Below, piece by piece: positions 8,572 through 17,825 of a stretch of DNA of 64,000 nucleotides. The DNA is taken from positions 1 through 64,000 of the forward strand of contig OZ219801.1 in NCBI GenBank assembly GCA_964291655.2, given 5' to 3'. The DNA is from Chloroflexota bacterium. GTDB lineage: Bacteria > Chloroflexota > UBA11872 > VXOZ01. The position numbers and the translations under genes are program-made. The number at the start of each line of letters is the position of its first letter. Positions within the stretch are counted from its first letter, which is position 1. The notes under the pieces were generated by a model. That model was not told the origin of the DNA and did no database searches. It saw nothing but the letters and a program-made list of their open reading frames with translations.

Positions 8572-9855
8572 ATGCAGGTCGATCTCGCGTATGGCCGCAC
8601 TGGACTGACGATTTCATTGCCGCAAGAGATTGTGGATATCGTAGAGCCCGTAGACCTCCCGGGAGTAGCCGATCCCCTCGAAGCGCTACGCGAATCACTG
8701 CGTAGTCCAATTGGAGCGAAGCCGCTTGGCGAGCTTGTCGGAGCGGAAGACACCGTGGCGATTGTCTTTTGCGATATTACCCGTCCGGCGCCAAATCACC
8801 TCATGATTCCGGCGATTCTTGCCGAACTCGCGAATGTGCCCCGGGAGAACTTCGTTCTCATTAACGCCACCGGTATGCATCGTCCGAATACGGATGCCGA
8901 ATTGCGGGGCATGTTAGGCGATGACGTGGTAGACAACTACCGCATTGTGAACCATGATTCGACGGATGCGTCTCAATTGCGCTTCCTGGGGGAAACATCC
9001 TCCGGCGGACCGGTTTGGGTCAATACCCATTACCTTGACGCTTCTGTCAAGATCCTCACCGGGTTTATCGAGCCACATTTCTTTGCGGGCTTTAGCGGCG
9101 GGGCAAAACTAATATTGCCCGGCATCGCCGGTGCGGATTCCGTAATGCACAATCACAACGCGGCAATGATCGGCCACCCGAAGGCCACCTGGGGACACTT
9201 AGAGGGCAATCCCATCCACGGTGAGCAACGCGAGGCGGCCGCGCTATGCCCGCCAGATCTCAGCTTGAACGTTACGATCAACAAGAGTAAAGAGATTACG
9301 GCTGTCTTTGCCGGCGAGATGATTCAGGCCCATGAAGCTGGGTGCGCCTTCGCGCGCCGGTCTGTGATGCGGCCGGTTGCCGAGCCGTACGACATCGTCA
9401 TAACGACAAATAGCGGGTATCCCTTGGACTTGAACCTCTACCAAGCCGTTAAGGGCATGTCGGCAGCGTATCAAGTGGTGAAGCAAGGCGGCGCAATTGT
9501 CATTGCTGCCGAATGTGCGGAAGGCATCGGTCACGGTCACTTTGAGGACCTATTGCAGGAGCGGGAAACTCCGACCGCATTGCTGGACCTCATAAACAGT
9601 CCGGGGTTTTCCCGCTTTGACCAATGGGAGGCCCAAATTCTGGCGCAGATCCTCTTGAAGGCCGAAGTCCACCTCTATGCAGGGAATCTTTCCGACCAGT
9701 CAATTCGAGACGCACACCTTACGCCGTGCCGCTCGATTGAGGAAACCGTGGCAGCGCTGCGAGAGAAATTTGGCGCCGGCGCTAGGACTTGCGTCCTACC
9801 TATGGGACCTTTGACCATTCCCTATGTCACTGAACCGGCGTTGGCGTCTGTCTAG
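8572..9855 (+). CDS. larA: Nickel-pincer (NPN)-dependent lactate racemase family protein (LarA/LarAH)
   Basis: DITRP, ATGMHR, VNHD, IEPHFFAGFSGGAKLILPG, GNPIH, GYPLDLNLYQAVKG motifs. Confidence 0.9.
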   Translation: MQVDLAYGRTGLTISLPQEIVDIVEPVDLPGVADPLEALRESLRSPIGAKPLGELVGAEDTVAIVFCDITRPAPNHLMIPAILAELANVPRENFVLINATGMHRPNTDAELRGMLGDDVVDNYRIVNHDSTDASQLRFLGETSSGGPVWVNTHYLDASVKILTGFIEPHFFAGFSGGAKLILPGIAGADSVMHNHNAAMIGHPKATWGHLEGNPIHGEQREAAALCPPDLSLNVTINKSKEITAVFAGEMIQAHEAGCAFARRSVMRPVAEPYDIVITTNSGYPLDLNLYQAVKGMSAAYQVVKQGGAIVIAAECAEGIGHGHFEDLLQERETPTALLDLINSPGFSRFDQWEAQILAQILLKAEVHLYAGNLSDQSIRDAHLTPCRSIEETVAALREKFGAGARTCVLPMGPLTIPYVTEPALASV

Positions 9856-9867
9856 GAAGCCGGTAGT

Positions 9868-11019
9868 CTACCGTCTGCGTCCGCTGCCTCCATAGCCTTC
9901 CGACGGAATAGCCGTTGACGGTGGCGCCAGACGTGCTCCCGGATCCACGTCGAGAGTCATGTCCGAAACCAGACCTTGCTGGAGCCGATAGTAACCGCAT
10001 GCGCCTATCATGGCGGCATTGTCGGTGCAGAAGGAGATGTCCGGAATACGTACCGGTACCGGTGCATGGGCGGTAATTTCCTCGCGCAAGAGACTATTCG
10101 CAGCCACGCCGCCTACGACGAGTATCATCTGGACTTTGAATTCTTTCGCCGCTTCCACGGTCTTGGCAACCAAGACATCCGCCACGGACTGTTGAAAACT
10201 GGCCGCAACCTGAGCCACATAGAGCGGAACATCGGCGCTCACAATGCCACCGGGAGCCGTTATTGGCGGTTCCGAGAGGTCTTGTTCTTTCATGCGACTT
10301 TGCATGTACCGCAAGACGGCAGTCTTTACGCCGCTAAAACTGAATTCGTACGTGCCCTGCATCCATGCTCTGGGCAGATCAACCATGTTGCGCCGGCCCC
10401 GCAATCCATAGCGCGAGAGTTGGTCTGCGGCCAACTGCACCGAAGGTCCACCAGGGTAGGGCAGGCCTAGAATGCGCCCGACTTTGTCAAAGGCTTCTCC
10501 GGCGGCGTCATCGCGAGTAGCACCTACCAGGCCGTAGTCTCCATGTCCGCGCATGAGCACAAGCTCCGTATGCCCGCCGGACACCACCAGCGCAAGTAAG
10601 GGAAACCGTAGCTCATTCTCATCCACGCTACGGCGTGCTCGCCGCGACCGCGAGAGCCAGGCTGCATAGACATGACCCTCAAGGTGATTGACGCCAATCA
10701 ACGGTATCCCCAAGGAGAACGCAAGAGCCTTCGCGAAATTGACTCCAACCAAAAGTGCGCCCGCCAAGCCCGGCCCATACGTAACCGCAACGCCATCCAG
10801 CTCTTCCCACGCCACATCCGCGGCAATCAGGGCCTCAGTTACAACCGGCATTATGGCCCTCAAGTGCTCCCGCGAGGCTAATTCCGGTACCACGCCTCCA
10901 TACTTCTGATGAATCTCGACCTGAGAAGCAACAATGTTGGAATGGACGAAACGACCGTCTTCCACGATTGCTGCGGCGGTTTCATCGCACGAAGTCTCAA
11001 TCGCGAGCAGAATCGACAA
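9868..11019 (-). CDS. tsaD: tRNA N6-threonylcarbamoyladenosine biosynthesis protein TsaD
   Basis: LAIETSCDET, YGGVVPELASREH, NHLEGH, SGGHT, DDAAGEAFDK, CTDNAAMI. Probable TTG start at 11019 after AGGAGG. Confidence 0.96.
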   Translation of the reverse strand: MSILLAIETSCDETAAAIVEDGRFVHSNIVASQVEIHQKYGGVVPELASREHLRAIMPVVTEALIAADVAWEELDGVAVTYGPGLAGALLVGVNFAKALAFSLGIPLIGVNHLEGHVYAAWLSRSRRARRSVDENELRFPLLALVVSGGHTELVLMRGHGDYGLVGATRDDAAGEAFDKVGRILGLPYPGGPSVQLAADQLSRYGLRGRRNMVDLPRAWMQGTYEFSFSGVKTAVLRYMQSRMKEQDLSEPPITAPGGIVSADVPLYVAQVAASFQQSVADVLVAKTVEAAKEFKVQMILVVGGVAANSLLREEITAHAPVPVRIPDISFCTDNAAMIGACGYYRLQQGLVSDMTLDVDPGARLAPPSTAIPSEGYGGSGRRR

Positions 11020-11749
11020 GAAACCCTCCTGTTTCAGGATATGATGTCGTCCAGCTATGCCTGTGCTGAAGGTCTGCGACACGCTCTTGGAGCATGTCCT
11101 GGAACCCTCCCACGTTTATGTCTTCGCTCCACATTACCAGTGCATCTTCATGGTTGTCGCTGTAGTAGCGCGGGCGTATCCCGGTGGAGCGGAATGAATA
11201 CTTCTTGTAAAGAGCTCGCGCCAAGGTGTTGGAGACTCGGACTTCAAGCGTCACCCAGCGCGCTGCTAGTCCGATGGCCACGTCGATAAGTGCCGTGAGC
11301 ATCAATTCCCCAACATATTGTCCGCGCACATCCGGTCGCGACGCGATAGTCGTGATGTGGGCCTCATCCACCATGAGCCAGAGTCCGCCATACGCTACCA
11401 AGGTCGGTCTTCCATACCGCCACTGCTGTTCACGTTCCTTGTCTACAGAAGGAAAGAGTGAAAGCGGAAACGGCTTAGGGCGCTTCTGATGAGATGCGCC
11501 AGGCCGGTCACCTCTTCCCGCAGCCGCTACTGCGTCTAAGTCGCGAATAACCAAGTAACGCGCCAGCTTGTTTTCTACGATTTCCCGGCGATAGGCATTG
11601 CGCGGCCAAGGCAGGCTGAAACAGGCTTCCTCAATTCTGCGCACTTCAGCCACGTCCTCCAATTGCATTGGCTCTATCCGCAACCTCATGGACTGAGGTT
11701 CCGGACGATCGTCAACTATGGCTTTTGGCTGTTCCATTACGCTGCCCAC
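10997..11749 (-). CDS. rimI: Ribosomal protein S18-alanine N-acetyltransferase
   Basis: IEEACFSLPW, YGGLWLMVDEAHITTIA, TLEVRVSN..A..LY.KY.F...G.R.RYY.DNHEDAL. Start uncertain. Confidence 0.9.
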   Translation of the reverse strand: MGSVMEQPKAIVDDRPEPQSMRLRIEPMQLEDVAEVRRIEEACFSLPWPRNAYRREIVENKLARYLVIRDLDAVAAAGRGDRPGASHQKRPKPFPLSLFPSVDKEREQQWRYGRPTLVAYGGLWLMVDEAHITTIASRPDVRGQYVGELMLTALIDVAIGLAARWVTLEVRVSNTLARALYKKYSFRSTGIRPRYYSDNHEDALVMWSEDINVGGFQDMLQERVADLQHRHSWTTSYPETGGFLVDSARD

Positions 11750-11964
11750 ATGTCTGTTACATCTCTATCGTTGAGCTTTGCCTGCAACTGTTTTGTCTGG
11801 CTGTGTCGCCCCACGAGGAGAAAAGCAACCCGACGTCTTCCTCTACATTCCAGCGACCCTTGAATCCTCAAGCGTCACTCAACAACTATTGTCACAGAGA
11901 TCTACCTAATTTCCCTCAATTCTGCAAGACTAACGAGGAATAGAGACGATCCCCGTCTGTTTCG

Positions 11965-12765
11965 TTAGGGATTCAACCCGTCAATTGTAGGATTTATGCG
12001 GTGGCGCGGCACTTCGGCCGCAGGTCTACGCAAATAGTCCGGTTCTGCAGTTAACGGGTCAACAGTCCAACCCTTCGCAAGATTGTCGGCACCGAGCACG
12101 GCTACCGTGCCGGCTCGCCGCACGCTGGAAAGCCCGGAGGGAAAGACTACAAGCTTCTTTTCAACTGAGTCCTCAACAAGCTTCCTGTGTTCCTCCGAAA
12201 TTTCGCCACAGATTACCGTACGCTTCACTATCCTGGTACATACGTCCTCAATGCCCAAAATCGCATAGTCTTCAAGGCGGCGCCAATTCCTGGCGACGGA
12301 TCGGTACCACCCAACGTAATACTCACCACGACCGGCCTGAAGCAATGCACACACGTGTGCATTGGAAGACTGCAAGTGTGGGAAAGCGATCGCGTCCAAG
12401 GTAGGAACGGTTACAAGCGGGACGCCCAGTGTCATACAGAAGCCCTTCGCCGTAGCCATACCTACGCGAAGACCAGAAAATGACCCCGGCCCCCCAACAA
12501 CCGCTACCGCACTTATTGGGACTTGGCTTTGGGCAAGCGCATGCAGCCCATCCGTGGTTGTCGCTGTCGCACTGGATTCGGGGGGAACTGCAGACTCTGG
12601 CGCCTGACCGCTGTTGGCGATCATTGCCCAAAGCTGGGTGATGCTCTCCATGAGTTGCTCGGTAGCATGGAACCCCGCAACCCAGTTGATCTCACCTAAG
12701 ATACGCTCGTTAGCATAGTAAGCCACACCAAGTTGCCGCGTAGAAGTATCAATAGCCAAAAGCAT
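11965..12765 (-). CDS. tsaB: tRNA t6A biosynthesis protein TsaB
   Basis: MLLAIDTST, GPGSFSGLRVG, AGRGE.Y, PDYLR motifs; located in the tsa cluster. Confidence 0.93.
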   Translation of the reverse strand: MLLAIDTSTRQLGVAYYANERILGEINWVAGFHATEQLMESITQLWAMIANSGQAPESAVPPESSATATTTDGLHALAQSQVPISAVAVVGGPGSFSGLRVGMATAKGFCMTLGVPLVTVPTLDAIAFPHLQSSNAHVCALLQAGRGEYYVGWYRSVARNWRRLEDYAILGIEDVCTRIVKRTVICGEISEEHRKLVEDSVEKKLVVFPSGLSSVRRAGTVAVLGADNLAKGWTVDPLTAEPDYLRRPAAEVPRHRINPTIDGLNP

Positions 12766-12789
12766 TTTATGTAACTCAAACCTAGCGTG

Positions 12790-13290
12790 CTAGAATCCAA
12801 ACGCGAGCCTGCGATACTCGTGAAGGATCTTTTGAAATCGGTCACCCTCTGACTCAAAGTGCAACGTCCGCTTTGTATCTGTCATGATTTCAATATTTAT
12901 GAGGAGCCACGTTTCCGGCAGAAAGTCCCGAACTTTACGAGCCCATTCAATGACGCAAATCCCATCTCCATCGATATACTCTTCAAGCCCAAGACTCCAG
13001 AGCGAGTCGTTTGACCCGATGCGGTAAAGGTCTATGTGAAAGAGAGGCAGCCTGCCGGACTGATACTCTTTGATGAGCGTATAAGAAGGGCTCGTTACCT
13101 GCTCTTTGACCTCCAACCCCAAGGCAACTCCTTGGGCAAAAACCGTCTTGCCTGCACCCATTGTGCCTTCCAAAAGGACTACACTACCGGGCATCACTAG
13201 GGTCCCTAGCCTCAACCCGAGACGCTGAGTCTGCGCCTCGCTGTGGCTTATGCAGTCGAGCTTTTGGTCCACGTCTTTACTGGTCGACAC
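12790..13290 (-). CDS. tsaE: tRNA t6A biosynthesis ATPase TsaE
   Basis: GTMGAGKT P-loop, VTSPSYTL, HIDLYR, IEWA. Confidence 0.95.
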   Translation of the reverse strand: MSTSKDVDQKLDCISHSEAQTQRLGLRLGTLVMPGSVVLLEGTMGAGKTVFAQGVALGLEVKEQVTSPSYTLIKEYQSGRLPLFHIDLYRIGSNDSLWSLGLEEYIDGDGICVIEWARKVRDFLPETWLLINIEIMTDTKRTLHFESEGDRFQKILHEYRRLAFGF

Positions 13291-13302
13291 TAGGGAATCC
13301 TC

Positions 13303-14328
13303 TCAATCGCCAGGAATGGGGATACCGTCAGCGCCAAAGTGATCGAAACCTTGTCGGTCAACAGGCACTACGATTCCTCGTTCATCGCGCACTGTTACGA
13401 CTCCACAACGGCCGGAAACAATTGTACCAATTACTGTGGCTTGTCTAAGAGTCTTGGCACTCAAGTGATCCTTCGCCCGTTGCATCGTGTCCGGCGGCGC
13501 AGCAAACAGCAACTCAAAGTCCTCGCCGCCACAAGTGGCACGCGTCCGGTACGAGCGGCCGAGAACCAATGGAAGTTCCGGATCGGTAGGTATGTTTTCC
13601 AGTATAATTTCCGCTGCTACGCCGCTGGCTGCGCAGAGCTTCTGCAAGTCTGCAACCAAGCCGTCGCTAACGTCCATTCCACACCTTACTCCAGCTTCGA
13701 CAAGCGCTCGGCCTTCACGCAAACGTGGGATTGGCCGGCGCTGTGCCGACGTGAAGCGCGCTGCATGACTGTTTCGTCCACTGTCGCCTCTTTCCAGGAG
13801 CATGAGACCTGCTGACGCACTACCTAGGACTCCCGTAACGGCAATTTGGTCCCCAATCTGAGCCGTGGTCCGCTGTAGAACGCGCTCACGGCTTTCTACT
13901 TCGCCAATCACAGTCACGTTTACGAGAACTTGCTCGCTTGACGAGAGATCTCCTCCAAGGATTGGGGTACCCGACTCTTCCGCCAAAGGAGCCATCCCCT
14001 CATAGAACGCCGTAACGTCGGCGACTTCACAATTGGCAGGAAGGCACAGGGTAACAAATGCTCCAACCGGTATACCACCCATTGCGGCAATGTCGCTAAG
14101 ACTTGCCGCGAGCGCCTTCCATCCAATATCCTCCCAGCTGAAGGTGCGCAGCCGAAAGTCGACATCTTCCACAAGAGCGTCAGTGGTAGCTACCAACCAG
14201 CTATTGCCCTGATGCCACAATGCCGCATCATCTTGAAAGCCCAATGCCATTTCCTGATTAGCAAAGGCTTTCTTCGCGATACGATCGATGAGCCCAAACT
14301 CTCCGATATCCTCAAGGGTTAAGGCCAT
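13303..14328 (-). CDS. thiL: Thiamine-monophosphate kinase
   Basis: GEFGLI, DDAA, TTDALVE, SDIAAMG, GGDL, MDVSDGL, GGEDFELLF, C-terminal GFDHF. Confidence 0.95.
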   Translation of the reverse strand: MALTLEDIGEFGLIDRIAKKAFANQEMALGFQDDAALWHQGNSWLVATTDALVEDVDFRLRTFSWEDIGWKALAASLSDIAAMGGIPVGAFVTLCLPANCEVADVTAFYEGMAPLAEESGTPILGGDLSSSEQVLVNVTVIGEVESRERVLQRTTAQIGDQIAVTGVLGSASAGLMLLERGDSGRNSHAARFTSAQRRPIPRLREGRALVEAGVRCGMDVSDGLVADLQKLCAASGVAAEIILENIPTDPELPLVLGRSYRTRATCGGEDFELLFAAPPDTMQRAKDHLSAKTLRQATVIGTIVSGRCGVVTVRDERGIVVPVDRQGFDHFGADGIPIPGD

Positions 14329-14601
14329 GTTCCCTCGCCATGCGTGCATCCGAGTTCAGAATAGCAGGCGCGCACTGGCTGGGCAAATGCATGTCGCCTT
14401 ACTGCTGGATGCCCTTGGGCGCAATCGCTACTAAGATTGAGTTATCGCGATTTCAGCCCCACATGCTGTGTAGGGCACCCGAGCGTACGTCTAGAATTCA
14501 GCGCAAGAGCGCGCTTCCGTATGCTACCATGCCCACAGCTTCACACTTGAGGAGCTACAACGAGCCTAGTTGTGGAGTGCTTTCCTTTTCATCCTTGCGC
14601 A

Positions 14602-14780
14602 GTTTTGCCGGAGGGCCGACCCAGGTTCAAGAGCCGAGCAGATCGCTCTCACGTGCGAAAGGTAGATGGTAACGACTCTGCGGGGGCGAATTTGCCGGGG
14701 ATGCGATGCCGGCCGCCGGGAGTTCCCGTGACACTTGCAACTCGAGGCACGGAAGGACATTGTCATTCGACCGGCAAGGC
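14602..14780 (+). ncRNA. Candidate structured RNA of about 180 nt, family not identified
   Basis: 10-bp closing stem GTTTTGCCGG/CCGGCAAGGC with G-U pairs, plus internal hairpins, inside a 550-bp intergenic gap. Confidence 0.4.
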
Positions 14781-14880
14781 CAACTCATGAAACTGGAACG
14801 AAGCGACAAAGTACGAGGGTCACTGAAAGACACTCAAACTAACCGTATCAAAGGTTCAAGACGAGAGAGGTGTTGCAGTA

Positions 14881-15972
14881 GTGACAGAGCAAGTGAAAGA
14901 CCGGCTTCGGACTGAGATTGCCGACCTCGCGAGCCTGCACGGTCCCTCCGGCAGGGAACAAGCAGTCATTGCCGATCTGGAAAGGCGCCTGCGACCGCGC
15001 GCGCAGTCCGTTTGGGTCGACCGCATGGGAAACCTCTTTGCTGATTATGGCGGACCGAAAGACGCGCCCCAAGTGCTGCTGGATGCGCACGCAGACGAAA
15101 TCGGCTGTCTCGTACGAAGTATCGAACCGGAAGGCTTCCTGCGAATTTTCAAGGTGGGCGGTATCCTCGACAGCCTGCTCGTCGGGAGAAAAGTCTCCGT
15201 GAACGGCCTGCGAGGCGTGATTGGAGTGAAGGCCGGGCACCTCCAGACCCCTGAGGAACAGGGCACCGTCGTATCGGTAAAGGACCTTTATGTAGACCTT
15301 GGCTTTACTTCCGCACAGGAAGTTAGGGAAGCCGGCATCGCGGTCGGCGATCCGGTGACGTACGTTAGTGAAGTTGAGGAATTAGCCAATCCGAACCGCC
15401 TGTGCGGTAAAGCAATTGACAATCGCGCCGGCTGCGCGGTGTTGCTCAACGTTGTCGAGCAACTGACAGAGGCAGCTCTGCCGATCCGTCTGCTGGCCCA
15501 GTTCACGGTGCAGGAGGAAACGGGACTACGCGGCGCCGGACCCGCGGCATTCAACTTTGCGCCACACCTGGCAATTGCAATTGACACCGTGCCTTGCGGA
15601 GACACGCCGGATGTTGAGTTTCATAGCGAGTTGCCGATTGCATTGGGTAAGGGACCGGTCCTCCAAGCCGCCAGTGCGAGTTCATACGGAGGCATGATTA
15701 CTCCTAAGAGTGTGCTTGATTTCGCAATCCGCACTGCCAAGCAGAATGGGATTCCGCATCAGGAAGCAATCCTCGAAGGCGGCAGCACCAATGCGACCGC
15801 CATACACTACTCACGCAGCGGAGTCCCTGCAATTGCGGTCACGATTCCACGTCGTTATTCACATTCCCCAATCGAGGTCGTCGACCTCGACGACGTCACG
15901 GCCACGCTGCAGCTTGTAGTGGCTATGGCGCGGAGGGCGGGTGAAGAAGACTTGGCCTTCCTCGCAGACTAA
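14881..15972 (+). CDS. M42 family metallo-aminopeptidase (TET/FrvX-like)
   Basis: GPSGRE, DRMGN, AHADEIG, GKAIDNRAGC, TVQEETGLRGA, RYSHSP.E motifs. Confidence 0.92.
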   Translation: MTEQVKDRLRTEIADLASLHGPSGREQAVIADLERRLRPRAQSVWVDRMGNLFADYGGPKDAPQVLLDAHADEIGCLVRSIEPEGFLRIFKVGGILDSLLVGRKVSVNGLRGVIGVKAGHLQTPEEQGTVVSVKDLYVDLGFTSAQEVREAGIAVGDPVTYVSEVEELANPNRLCGKAIDNRAGCAVLLNVVEQLTEAALPIRLLAQFTVQEETGLRGAGPAAFNFAPHLAIAIDTVPCGDTPDVEFHSELPIALGKGPVLQAASASSYGGMITPKSVLDFAIRTAKQNGIPHQEAILEGGSTNATAIHYSRSGVPAIAVTIPRRYSHSPIEVVDLDDVTATLQLVVAMARRAGEEDLAFLAD

Positions 15973-16002
15973 CTCGAAGATACCTGAGGACTCGCTGCAG
16001 CA

Positions 16003-16812
16003 TTAGCTGCTGCGTTCGGTGTTGGAATCGATCCCGCGCCAGAAGTGATTTACGGGACTGTGGCCTGCCCCTATCGCATAGGCATGCCGCAGCGCTCCGG
16101 TGAGGTACTCTTTTGCTTCCCTCACCGCATCCGGGAGCTTGAGACCAAGCGCAAGATAGGCGGCAATGGCAGAGGCCAGAGTGCAGCCTGTACCGTGGTC
16201 GTTCTTGGTTGCGATTCGTTCCTGCTCATACGTATAGAACTCCGAACCATCGAAAAGAATGTCTCGCGCGGAACCGGCGGCATGTCCGCCCTTTATGAGC
16301 GCTGCACGGCAGCCGAACCCGACAATTGCCTGTGCCGCCTGACGCATCTCACTCTCCCCCCGCACCTGCCTCTCCAGCAACCGTTCCACTTCAGGCAGAT
16401 TCGGCGTGACGATCGTAGCGAGTGGGAACAGAGATTCACGGTACCCAGCAACCGCCGTGTCGTCTACGAGCGGATCGCCGCCTTTCGCAGCCATGACCGG
16501 GTCGACGACGAGCGCCTGTGGAGGCTCTGCTTTCATCTGAGCTGCTACGACATCAATGATCTCGGCGTTGGCCAGCATGCCGGTCTTGACTGCTACCGCG
16601 CCAATATCTGAGCGCACCGATCGGACTTGCTCTGCTACCAAGGACGGGGGCAGTGCCAGCCAATCTTGAACGCCGCAGGTATTCTGGGCGGTCACTGCAG
16701 TGACGACAGTGCTGCCGTACACGCCGAGCGCAGAAAGTGTTTTCAAGTCCGCTTGTATGCCCGCGCCGGCCCCGGAATCTGAACCCGCTATGGTCAGGAC
16801 GTGTCTTGCCAA
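16003..16812 (-). CDS. thiD: Hydroxymethylpyrimidine/phosphomethylpyrimidine kinase
   Basis: [52 protein letters not shown]. Confidence 0.96.
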   Translation of the reverse strand: MARHVLTIAGSDSGAGAGIQADLKTLSALGVYGSTVVTAVTAQNTCGVQDWLALPPSLVAEQVRSVRSDIGAVAVKTGMLANAEIIDVVAAQMKAEPPQALVVDPVMAAKGGDPLVDDTAVAGYRESLFPLATIVTPNLPEVERLLERQVRGESEMRQAAQAIVGFGCRAALIKGGHAAGSARDILFDGSEFYTYEQERIATKNDHGTGCTLASAIAAYLALGLKLPDAVREAKEYLTGALRHAYAIGAGHSPVNHFWRGIDSNTERSS

Positions 16813-17219
16813 TGTTTCCTCCGCACCATTGCGCAGTCATGCGCGTCGAGTGTTAGTCCGTGGCCCTGGGCCTCCGCCATCGCTGTGGCAGATTCTGAAC
16901 CCGGTTGCATCCAAATGTGCTTGATACCCATTTCAACGCACGTTTCTACAATCTGTTCGGTTGCGGCGGGAGGCACAACTGTTACTACCACCTCAGGTCT
17001 CTCAGGAAGATCAGCCAGCGATGGGCATACCGCGTGACCTGCCACAACGCCGCCCTTCGGGTTTACGCCCATCACGCGATATCCGGACTCAAGCAGGGCC
17101 AAGAAAACGCGATGGCCGTACTTCTGGGCGTCTTGCGAAACGCCTACTACGGCCCATGATCGCAGATTGACCAATCTGGCCACGCGCTCTTCGTGATCCG
17201 CCGCGAAATCGTCATTCAT
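16794..17219 (-). CDS. CoA-binding protein (YccU-like)
   Basis: WAVVGVS...KYG, VNPK, SLADLP, IWMQPG, DC motifs. Confidence 0.9.
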   Translation of the reverse strand: MNDDFAADHEERVARLVNLRSWAVVGVSQDAQKYGHRVFLALLESGYRVMGVNPKGGVVAGHAVCPSLADLPERPEVVVTVVPPAATEQIVETCVEMGIKHIWMQPGSESATAMAEAQGHGLTLDAHDCAMVRRKHWQDTS

Positions 17220-17311
17220 CTCACTTGAACAGTCTCAACCTATGAAACTCTCTGACCGCAGCCCAGCGTTGGCACACCAGGTTCACGATACCAGTGATCT
17301 TCGCCCTTACC

Positions 17312-17623
17312 CTAATATACGTCCTCGCGAAACTTCTCAATGCGCGAAAGCTGGCACGCCAACCACACCTCCATGGGCATAATTGGTCGCGCATACGCCG
17401 TTACCACTGTTTCGCCCGCATTTTCCAGCCGGTCCAGCAAGGTCGTATACTCTGATTCAAGATAGGCGATCGTGAGCGCTGCCTTGGGCAGTGTGGAGAG
17501 TTTCGCCTGCAGGAGCACGATATTGGATTCAACGACGTCAAAGGGTTCATAGATACGTCCGAAAGCGAACGAGGGATCGTTGATCAGCCGTTGCGTAGTC
17601 CGTCGAAATGATAATCGCGACAC
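17312..17623 (-). CDS. Hypothetical protein
   Basis: GTG start with AGAAGG RBS, protein-like composition, co-oriented with the downstream genes. Confidence 0.6.
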   Translation of the reverse strand: MSRLSFRRTTQRLINDPSFAFGRIYEPFDVVESNIVLLQAKLSTLPKAALTIAYLESEYTTLLDRLENAGETVVTAYARPIMPMEVWLACQLSRIEKFREDVY

Positions 17624-17825
17624 AAGTACCTTCTCTTATCCGACATCAACTCATCGGTACATCAATCTGCAATTCCAAACGGCGTCGTGCGAATAGCGCG
17701 AGCACCTCGTCGTTGACACGTGGTTGGCCCCAGTATACTATGGGTTTCATAGGCCGCCAAGGAAATTTGGCGGCAATATGTTCTTGTCAATGTGTCTTTT
17801 AGAGTGTGTTCGCGGAGCTCTTATC

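Noticed and set aside
14602-14780. Assignment as tmRNA, SRP, RNase P, 6S or cobalamin riboswitch
   Set aside because: Only short partial motifs match (GGGGGCGAA, CGGAAGG, GGTTCAAG, GCCCCCGC). The defining cores are absent, so I left it unassigned.
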